Below are positions 1-9,839 of a DNA stretch of 64,000 bases, in pieces (positions within the stretch are counted from its first letter, which is position 1; each line of letters starts with the position of its first letter). This DNA comes from Eledone cirrhosa (taxonomy: Eukaryota): NCBI GenBank assembly GCA_964016885.1, contig OZ024762.1:29450001-29514000 (forward strand), written 5' to 3'. The notes beneath the pieces are model-generated. The model saw only the letters and a program-made list of their open reading frames with translations. It was not told the DNA's origin and ran no database searches. The position numbers were made by a program, and so were the translations under genes.

Positions 1-10
1 AGATGTCATG

Positions 11-16
11 TTAGGG
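11..16 (+). repeat. Telomeric hexamer TTAGGG embedded once per monomer (first copy shown; recurs every 45 bp)
   Basis: TTAGGG at 11-16, 56-61, 101-106 and onward. It never occurs as tandem (TTAGGG)n, so this is not a telomere tract. Confidence 0.95.
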
Positions 17-43
17 TGGTGGGTTGGCAGTAAGGGTAGAGGG
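14..43 (+). other. Putative G-quadruplex-forming motif in AAG-type monomers (first copy shown)
   Basis: GGG-TGGT-GGG-TTGGCAGTAA-GGG-TAGA-GGG: four G3 tracts with loops of 4, 10 and 4 nt. This fits the relaxed G3+N1-12 pattern but not the strict N1-7 pattern. Folding is not demonstrated. Confidence 0.6.
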
Positions 44-1199
44 TCAGACACCATGTTAGGGTGGTGGGTTGGCAGTATTGGTAGAGGGTCAGATGTCAGG
101 TTAGGGTGGTGGGTTGGCAGTATTGGTAGAGGGTCAGATGTCAGGTTAGGGTGGTGGGTTGGCAGTATTGGTAGAGGGTCAGATGTCATGTTAGGGTGGT
201 GGATTGGCAGTAAGGGTAGAGGGTCAGATGTCATGTTAGGGTGGTGGGTTGGCAGTATTGGTAGAGGGTCAGATATCAGGTTAGGGTGGTGGGTTGGCAG
301 TAAGGGTAGAGGGTCAGATGTCAGGTTAGGGTGGTGGGTTGGCAGTAAGGGTAGAGTGTCAGATGTCATGTTAGGGTGGTGGGTTTGCAGTATTGGTAGA
401 GGGTCAGATGTCAGGTTAGGGTGGTGGGTTGGCAGTATTGGTAGAGGGTCACATGTCAGGTTAGGGTGGTGGGTTGGCAGTATTGGTAGAGGGTCAGATG
501 TCAGGTTAGGGTGGTTGGTTGGCAGTATTGGTAGAGGGTCACATGTCATGTTAGGGTGGTGGGTTGGCAGTATTGGTAGAGGGTCAGACGTCAGGTTAGG
601 GTGGTGGGTTGGCAGTATTGGTAGAGGGTCAGATGTCAGGTTAGGGTGGTGGGTTGGCAGTATTGGTAGAGAGTCAGATGTCATGTTAGTGTGGTAGATT
701 GGTAGTAAGGGTAGAGGGTTAGATGTCATGTTAGGGTGGTGGGTTGGCAGTATTGGTAGAGGGTCAGATATCAGGTTAGGGTGGTGGGTTGGCAGTAAGG
801 GTAGAGGGTCAGATGTCAGGTTAGGGTGGTGGGTTGGCAGTAAGGGTAGAGTGTCAGATGTCATGTTAGGGTGGTGGGTTGGCAGTAAGGGTAGAGGGTC
901 AGATGTCAGGTTATGGTGGTGGGTTGGCAGTATTGGTAGAGGGTCAGATGTCAGGTTAGGGTGGTGGGTTGGCAGTATTGGTAGAGGGTCAGATATCATG
1001 TTATGGTGGTGGGTTGGCAGTATTGGTAGAGGGTCAGATGTCATGTAGGGTGGTGGGTTGGCAGTATTGGTAGAGGGTCAGATGTCAGGTTAGGGTGGTA
1101 GATTGGCAGTATTGGTAGAGGGTCAGATGTCAGGTTAGGGTGGTGGTTTGGCAGTAAGGGTAGAGGGTCAGATGTCAGGTTAGGGTGGTGGGTTGGCAG

Positions 1200-4100
1200 T
1201 AAGGGTAGAGGGTCAGATGTCATGTTAGGGTGGTGGGTTTGCAGTATTGGTAGAGGGTCAGATGTCAGGTTAGGGTGGTGGGTTGGCAGTATTGGTAGAG
1301 GGTCACATGTCAGGTTAGGGTGGTGGTTTGGCAGTATTGGTAGAGGGTCAGATGTCATGTTAGGGTGGTGGTTTGGCAGTATTGGTAGAGTGTCAGATGT
1401 CATGTTAGGGTGGTGGTTTGGCAGTAAGGGTAGAGGGTCAGATGTCATGTTAGGGTGGTGGGATGGCAGTAAGGGTAGAGGGTCAGATGTCATGTTAGGG
1501 TGGTGGGTTGGCAGTATTGGTAGAGGGTCAGACGCCATGTTAGGGTGGTGGGTTGTCAGTATTGGTAGAGGGTCAGATGTCATGTTAGGGTGGTGGGTTG
1601 GCAGTATTGGTAGAGGGTCAGATGTCATGTTAGGGTGGTGGGTTGGCAGTATTGGTAGAGGGTCAGATGTCAGGTTAGGGTGGTGGGTTGGCAGTAAGGG
1701 AAGAGGGTCAGATGTCAGGTTAGGGTGGTGGGTTGCCAGTATTGGTAGAGGGTCAGATGTCAGGTTAGGGTGGTGGGTTGGCAGTATTGGTAGAGGGTCA
1801 GATGTCAGGTTAGGGTGGTGGGTTGGCAGTATTGGTAGAGGGTCAGATGTCAGGTTAGGGTGGTGGGTTGGCAGTAAGGGTAGAGGGTCAGATGTCAGGT
1901 TAGGGTGGTGGGTTGGCAGTATTGGTAGAGGGTCAGATGTCATGTTAGGTTGGTGGGTTGGCAGTATTGGTAGAGGATCAGATGTCAGGTTAGGGTGGTA
2001 GATTGGTAGTAAGGGTAGAGGGTCAGATGTCATGTTAGGGTGGTAGATTTGCAGTATTGGTAGAGGGTCAGATGTCATGTTAGGGTGGTGGGTTGTTAGT
2101 AAGGGTAGAGGGTCAGATGTCAGGTTAGGGTGGTGGGTTGGCAGTAAGGGTAGAGGGTCAGATGCCATGTTAGGGTGGTAGATTTGCAGTATTGGTAGAG
2201 GGTCAGATGTCATGTTAGGGTGGTGGGTTGGCAGCAAGGGTAGAGGATCAGACACCATGTTAGGGTGGTTGGTTGGCAGTATTGGTAGAGGGTCAGATGT
2301 CAGGTTAGGGTGGTGGGTTGGCAGTATTGGTAGAGGGTCAGATGTCATGTTAGGGTGGTGGGTTGGCAGTATTGGTAGAGGGTCAGATGTCATGTTAGGG
2401 TGGTGGATTGGCAGTAAGGGTAGAGGGTCAGATGTCATGTTAGGGTGGTGGGTTGGCAGTATTGGTAAAGGGTCAGATGTCAGGTTAGGGTGGTGGGTTG
2501 GCAGTATTGGTAGAGGGTCAGATGTCATGTTAGGGTGGTGGGTTGGCAGTATTGGTAGAGGGTCAGACGTCAGGTTAGGGTGGTGGGTTGGCAGTATTGG
2601 TAGAGGGTCAGATGTCAGGTTAGGGTGGTGGGTTGGCAGTATTGGTAGAGGGTCAGATGTCATGTTAGGGTGGTAGATTGGTAGTAAGGGTAGAGGGTCA
2701 GATGTCATGTTAGGGTGGTGGGTTGGCAGTATTGGTAGAGGGTCAGATGTCAGGTTAGGGTGGTGTGTTGGCAGTAAGGGTAGAGGGTCAGATGTCATGT
2801 TAGGGTGGTGGGTTGGCAGTAAGGGTAGAGGGTCAGATGTCAGGTTAGGGTGGTGGGTTGGCAGTATTGGTAGAGGGTCAGATGTCAGGTTAGGGTGGTG
2901 GGTTGGCAGTATTGGTAGAGGGTCAGATGTCAGGTTAGGGTGGTGGGTTGGCAGTATTGGTAGAGGGTCAGATGTCATGTTAGGGTGGTGGGTTGGCAGT
3001 ATTGGTAGAGGGTCAGATGTCAGGTTAGGGTGGTGGGTTGGTAGTAAGGGTAGAGGGTCAGATGTCATGTTAGGGTGGTGGGTTGGCAGTATTGGTAGAG
3101 TGTCAGATGTCAGGTTAGGGTGGTAGATTGGCAGTATTGGTAGAGGGTCAGATGTCAGGTTAGGGTGGTGGTTTTGCAGTAAGGGTAGAGGGTCAGATGT
3201 CAGGTTAGGGTGGTGGGTTGGCAGTAAGTGTAGAGGGTCAGATGTCATGTTAGGGTGGTGGGTTTGCAGTATTGGTAGAGGGTCAGATGTCAGGTTAGGG
3301 TGGTGGGTTGGCAGTATTGGTAGAGGGTCAGATGTCAGGTTAGGGTGGTGGTTTGGCAGTATTGGTAGAGGGTCAGATGTCATGTTAGGGTGGTGGTTTG
3401 GCAGTATTGGTAGAGGGTCAGATGTCATGTTAGGGTGGTGGTTTGGCAGTAAGGGTAGAGGGTCAGATGTCATGTTAGGGTGGTGGGTTGGCAGTAAGGG
3501 TAGAGGGTCAGATGTCATGTTAAGGTGGTGGGTTGGCAGTATTGGTAGACGGTCAGACGCTATGTTAGGGTGGTGGGTTGGCAGTATTGGTAGAGGGTCA
3601 GATGTCATGTTAGGGTGGTGGGTTGGCAGTATTGGTAGAGGGTCAGATGTCATGTTAGGGTGGTGGGTTGGCAGTATTGGTAGAGGGTCAGATGTCAGGT
3701 TAGGGTGGTGGGTTGGCAGTAAGGGTAGAGGGTCAGATGTCAGGTTAGGGTGGTGGGTTGCCAGTATTGGTAGAGGGTCAGATGTCAGGTTAGGGTGGTG
3801 GGTTGGCAGTATTGGTAGAGGGTCAGATGTCAGGTTAGGGTGGTGGGTTGGCAGTATTGGTAGAGGGTCAGATGTCAGGTTAGGGTGGTGGGTTGGCAGT
3901 AAGGGTAGAGCGTCAGATGTCAGGTTAGGGTGGTGGGTTGGCAGTATTGGTAGAGGGTCAGATGTCATGTTAGTGTGGTGGGTTGGCAGTATTGGTAGAG
4001 CGTCAGATGTCATGTTAGGGTGGTGGGTTGGCAGTATTGGTAGAGGATCAGATGTCATGTTAGGGTGGTGGGTTGGCAGTATTGGTAGAGGGTCAGATGT

Positions 4101-7100
4101 CAGGTTAGGGTGGTGGGTTGGCAGTAAGGGTAGAGGGTCAGATGTCAGGTTAGGGTGGTGGGTTGGCAGTATTGGTAGAGGGTCAGATGTCAGGTTAGGG
4201 TGGTGGGTTGGCAGTAAGGGTAGAGGGTCAGATGTCAGGTTAGAGTGGTGGGTTGGCAGTATTGGTAGAGGGTCAGATATCAGGTTAGGGTGGTGTGTTG
4301 GCAGTATTGGTAGAGGGTCAGATGTCAGGTTAGGGTGGTGGGTTGGCAGTATTGGTAGAGGGTCCGATGTCAGGTTAGGGTGGTGGGTTGGCAGTAAGGG
4401 TAGAGTGTCAGACACCATGTTAGGGTGGTGGGTTGGCAGTAAGGGTAGAGAGTCAGACACCATGTTAGGGTGATGGGTTGGCAGTAAGGGTAGAGGGTCA
4501 GATGCCATGTTAGGGTGGTGGGTTGGCAGTAAGGGTAGAGGGTCAGATGCCATGTTATGGTGGTGGGTTGGCAGTAAGGGTAGAGGGTCAGATGTCATGT
4601 TAGGGTGGTGGTTTGGCAGTAAGGGTAGAGGGTCAGATGTCAGGTTAGGGTGGTGGGTTGTCAGTAAGGGTAGAGGGTCAGATGTCAGGTTAGGGTGGTG
4701 GGTTGGCAGTAAGGGTAGTGGGTCAGATGTCAGGTTAGGGTGGTGGGTTGTCAGTAAGGGTAGAGGCTCAGATGTCAGGTTAGGGTGGTGGGTTGTCAGT
4801 AAGGGTAGAGGGTCAGATGTCAGGTTAGGGTGGTGGGTTGGCAGTAAGTGTAGAGGGTCAGATGTCAGGTTAGGGTGGTGGGTTGGCAGTAAGGGTAGAG
4901 GGTCAGATGTCAGGTTAGGGTGGTGGGTTGGCAGTAAGGGTAGAGGGTCAGATGCCATGTTAGGGTGGTGGGTTGGCAGTAAGGGTAGAGGGTCAGATGT
5001 CATGTTAGGGTGGTGGGTTGGCAGTAAGGGTAGAGGGTCAGACACCATGTTAGGGTGGTGGGTTGGCAGTAAGGGTAGAGGGTCATATGTCATGTTAGGG
5101 TGGTGGGTTGGCAGTAAGAGTAGAGGGTCAGATGTCAGGTTAGGGTGGTGGGTTGTCAGTAAGGGTAGAGGGTCAGATGTCAGGTTAGGGTGGTGGGTTG
5201 GCAGTAAGGGTAGAGGGTCAGATGTCATGTTAGGGTGGTGGGTTTGCAGTATTGGTAGAGGGTCAGATGTCAGGTTAGGGTGGTGGGTTGGCAGTATTGG
5301 TAGAGGGTCACATGTCAGGTTAGGGTGGTGGTTTGGCAGTATTGGTAGAGGGTCAGATGTCAGGTTAGGGTGGTGGTTTGGCAGTATTGGTAGAGGGTCA
5401 GATGTCATGTTAGCGTGGTGGTTTGGCAGTAAGGGTAGAGGGTCAGATGTCATGTTAGGGTGGTGGGTTGGCAGTATTGGTAGAGGGTCAGATGTCAGGT
5501 TAGGGTGGTGGGTTGGCAGTATTGGTAGAGGGTCAGATGTCAGGTTAGGGTGGTGGGTTGGCAGTATTGGTAGAGGGTCAGACGCCATGTTAGGGTGGTG
5601 GGTTGGCAGTATTGGTAGAGGGTCAGATGTCATGTTAGGGTGGTGGGTTGGCAGTATTGGTAGAGGGTCAGATGTCATGTTAGGGTGGTGGGTTGGCAGT
5701 ATTGGTAGAGGGTCAGATGTCAGGTTAGGGTGGTGGGTTGGCAGTAAGGGTAGAGGGTCAGATGTCAGGTTAGGGTGGTGGGTTGGCAGTAAGGGTAGAG
5801 TGTCAGATGTCATGTTAGGGTGGTGGGTTTGCAGTATTGGTAGAGGGTCAGATGTCAGGTTAGGGTGGTGGGTTGGCAGTATTGGTAGAGGGTCACATGT
5901 CAGATTAGAGTGGTGGTTTGGCAGTATTGGTAGAGGGTCAGATGTCATGTTAGGGTGGTGGTTTGGCAGTATTGGTAGAGGGTCAGATGTCATGTTAGGG
6001 CGGTGGTTTGGCAGTAAGGGTAGAGGGTCAGATGTCATGTTAGGGTGGTGGGTTGGCAGTAAGGGTAGAGGGTCAGATGTCATGTTAGGGTGGTGGGTTG
6101 GCTGTATTGGTAGAGGGTCAGACGCCATGTTAGGGTGGTGGGTTGGCAGTATTGGTAGAGGGTCAGATGTCATGTTAGGGTGGTGGGTTGGCAGTATTGG
6201 TAGAGGGTCAGATGTCATGTTAGGGTGGTGGGTTGGCAGTATTGGTAGAGGGTCAGATGTCAGGTTAGGGTGGTGGGTTGGCAGTAAGGGTAGAGGGTCA
6301 GATGTCAGGTTAGGGTGGTGGGTTGCCAGTATTGGTAGAGGGTCAGATGTCAGGTTAGGGTGGTGGGTTGGCAGTATTGGTAGAGGGTCAGATGTCAGGT
6401 TAGGGTGGTGGGTTGGCAGTATTGGTAGAGGGTCAGATGTCAGGTTAGGGTGGTGGGTTGGCAGTAAAGGTAGAGGGTCAGATGTCATGTTAGGTTGGTG
6501 GGTTGGCAGTATTGGTGGAGGGTCAGATGTCAGGTTAGGGTGGTAGATTGGTAGTAAGGGTAGAGGGTCAGATGTCATGTTAGGGTGGTAGATTTGCAGT
6601 ATTGGTAGAGGGTCAGATGTCATGTTAGGGTGGTGGGTTGTTAGTAAGGGTAGAGGGTCAGATGTCAGGTTAGGGTGGTGGGTTGGCAGTAAGGGTAGAG
6701 GGTCAGATGCCATGTTAGGGTGGTAGATTTGCAGTATTGGTAGAGGGTCAGATGTCATGTTAGGGTGGTGGGTTGGCAGTAAGGGTAGAGGGTCAGACAC
6801 CATGTTAGGGTGGTTGGTTGGCAGTATTGGTAGAGGATCAGATGTCAGGTTAGGGTGGTGGGTTGGCAGTATTGGTAGAGGGTCAGATGTCAGGTTAGGG
6901 TGGTGGGTTGGCAGTATTGGTAGAGGGTCAGATGTCATGTTACGGTGGTGGATTGGCAGTAAGGGTAGAGGGTCAGATGTCATGTTAGGGTGGTGGGTTG
7001 GCAGTATTGGTAAAGGGTCAGATGTCAGGTTAGGGTGGTGGGTTGGCAGTATTGGTAGAGGGTCAGACGTCAGGTTAGGGTGGTGGGTTGGCAGTATTGG

Positions 7101-7400
7101 TAGAGGGTCAGATGTCAGGTTAGGGTGGTGGGTTGGCAGTATTGGTAGAGGGTCAGATGTCATGTTAGGGTGGTAGATTGGTAGTAAGGGTAGAGGGTCA
7201 GATGTCATGTTAGGGTGGTGGGTTGGCAGTATTGGTAGAGGGTCAGATGTCAGGTTAGGGTGGTGGGTTGGCAGTAAGGGTAGAGGGTCAGATGTCATGT
7301 TAGGGTGGTGGGTTGGCAGTAAGGGTAGAGGGTCAGATGTCAGGTTAGGGTGGTGGGTTGGCAGTATTGGTAGAGGGTCAGATGTCAGGTTATGGTGGTG
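1200..7400 (+). repeat. Intra-array duplication with an offset of 4545 bp (101 monomers): about 1.2-2.85 kb versus about 5.75-7.4 kb
   Basis: The rare TGGTAGATT variants at about 1999, 2044 and 2179 recur at about 6544, 6589 and 6724. The TTAGGTTGG, GTTGTTAGT, TGGTTGG, TGGATTGG and GGTAAAG variants also recur in the same order. ORF starts 2212 and 6757 differ by 4545. Boundaries are approximate. Confidence 0.85.
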
Positions 7401-9839
7401 GGTTGGCAGTAAGGGTAGAGGGTCAGATGTCAGGTTAGGGTGGTGGGTTGCCAGTATTGGTAGAGGGTCAGATGTCAGGTTAGGGTGGTGGGTTGTCAGT
7501 AAGGGTAGAGGGTCAGATGTCAGGTTATGGTGGTGGGTTGGCAGTAAGGGTAGAGGGTCAGATGTCAGGTTAGGGTGGTGGGTTGTCAGTAAGGGTAGAG
7601 GGTCAGATGTCAGGTTAGGGTGGTGGGTTGTCAGTAAGGGTAGAGGGTCAGATGTCAGGTTAGGGTGGTGGGTTGGCAGTAAGGGTAGAGGGTCAGATGT
7701 CAGGTTAGGGTGGTGGGTTGGCAGGAAGGGTAGAGGGTCAGATGTCATGTTAGGGTGGTGGGTTGGCAGTATTGGTAGAGGGTCAGACGCCATGTTAGGG
7801 TGGTGGGTTGGCAGTATTGGTAGAGGGTCAGATGTCATGTTAGGGTGGTGGGTTGGCAGTATTGGTAGAGGGTCAGATGTCATGTTAGGGTGGTGGGTTG
7901 GCAGTATTGGTAGAGGGTCAGATGTCAGGTTAGGGTTTTGGGTTGGCAGTAAGGGTAGAGGGTCAGATGTCAGGTTAGGGTGGTGGGTTGGCAGTATTGT
8001 TAGAGGGTCAGATGTCAGGTTAGGGTGGTGGGTTGGCAGTATTGGTAGAGGGTCAGACGCCATGTTAGGGTGGTGGGTTGGCAGTATTGGTAGAGGGTCA
8101 GATGTCATGTTAGGGTGGTGGGTTGGCAGTATTGGTAGAGGGTCAGATGTCATGTTAGGGTGGTGGGTTGGCAGTATTGGTAGAGGGTCAGATGTCAGGT
8201 TAGGGTGGTGGGTTGGCAGTATTGGTAGAGGGTCACATGTCAGGTTAGGGTGGTGGTTTGGCAGTATTGGTAGAGGGTCAGATGTCAGGTTAGGGTGGTG
8301 GTTTGGCAGTATTGGTAGAGGGTCAGATGTCATGTTAGGGTGGTGGTTTGGCAGTAAGGGTAGAGGGTCAGATGTCATGTTAGGGTGGTGGGTTGGCAGG
8401 AAGGGTAGAGGGTCAGATGTCATGTTAGGGTGGTGGGTTGGCAGTATTGGTAGAGGGTCAGACGCCATGTTAGGGTGGTGGGTTGGCAGTATTGGTAGAG
8501 GGTCAGATGTCATGTTAGGGTGGTGGGTTGGCAGTATTGGTAGAGGGTCAGATGTCATGTTAGGGTGGTGGGTTGGCAGTATTGGTAGAGGGTCAGATGT
8601 CAGGTTAGGGTGGTGGGTTGGCAGTAAGGGTAGAGGGTCAGATGTCAGGTTAGGGTGGTGGGTTGCCAGTATTGGTAAAGGGTCAGATGTAAGGTTAGGG
8701 TGGTGGGTTGGCAGTATTGGTAGAGGGTCAGATGTCAGGTTAGGGTGGTGGGTTGGCAGTATTGGTAGAGGGTCAGACGCCATGTTAGGGTGGTGGGTTG
8801 GCAGTATTGGTAGAGGGTCAGATGTCATGTTAGGGTGGTGGGTTGGCAGTATTGGTAGAGGGTCAGATGTCAGGTTAGGGTGCTGGGTTGGCAGTAAGGG
8901 TAGAGGGTCAGATGTCAGGTTAGGGTGGTGGGTTGCCAGTATTGGTAGAGGGTCAGATGTCAGGTTAGGGTGGTGGGTTGGCAGTATTGGTAGAGGGTCA
9001 GATGTCAGGTTAGGGTGGTGGGTTGGCAGTATTGGTAGAGGGTCAGATGTCATGTTAGGGTGGTGGGTTGGCAGTATTGGTAGAGGGTCAGATGTCAGGT
9101 TATGGTGGTGGGTTGGCAGTAAGGGTAGAGGGTCAGATGTCTGGTTAGGGTGGTGGGTTGGCAGTATTGGTAGAGGGTCCGATGTCAGGTTAGGGTGGTG
9201 GGTTGGCAGTAAGGGTAGAGTGTCAGACACCATGTTAGGGTGGTGGGTTGGCAGTAAGGGTAGAGGGTCAGACACCATGTTAGGGTGATGGGTTGGCAGT
9301 AAGGGTAGAGGGTCAGATGCCATGTTATGGTGGTGGGTTGGCAGTAAGGGTAGAGGGTCAGATGTCATGTTAGGGTGGTGGTTTGGCAGTAAGGGTAGAG
9401 GGTCAGATGTCAGGTTAGGGTGGTGGGTTGTCAGTAAGGGTAGAGGGTCAGATGTCAGGTTAGGGTGGTGGGTTGGCAGTAAGGGTAGAGGGTCAGATGT
9501 CAGGTTAGGGTGGTGGGTTGTCAGTAAGGGTAGAGGGTCAGATGTCAGGTTAGGGTGGTGGGTTGTCAGTAAGGGTAGAGGGTCAGATGTCAGGTTAGGG
9601 TGGTGGGTTGGCAGTAAGGGTAGAGGGTCAGATGTCAGGTTAGGGTGGTGGGTTGGCAGTAAGGGTAGAGGGTCAGATGTCAGGTTAGGGTGGTGGGTTG
9701 GCAGTAAGGGTAGAGGGTCAGATGTCATGTTAGGGTGGTGGGTTGGCAGTAAGGGTAGAGGGTCAGATCTCATGTTAGGGTGGTGGGTTGGCAGTAAGGG
9801 TAGAGGGTCAGACACCATGTTAGGGTGGTGGGTTGGCAG

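Noticed and set aside
1041-9818. Giant minus-strand ORFs (2925, 2010, 1627 aa and others) of [M/L]TSDPLP[I/L]LPTHHPN repeats, superficially mucin-like or Pro/His-rich
   Set aside because: The monomer is exactly 15 codons and stop-free in this frame. Only its TTA codon is one substitution from a stop, so long ORFs are expected neutrally, and that very stop occurs ten times. Frameshifts are propagated by duplication, common variants are largely non-synonymous, and there is no unique N- or C-terminus, signal peptide or domain. Transcription or translation cannot be excluded without RNA-seq or proteomics.
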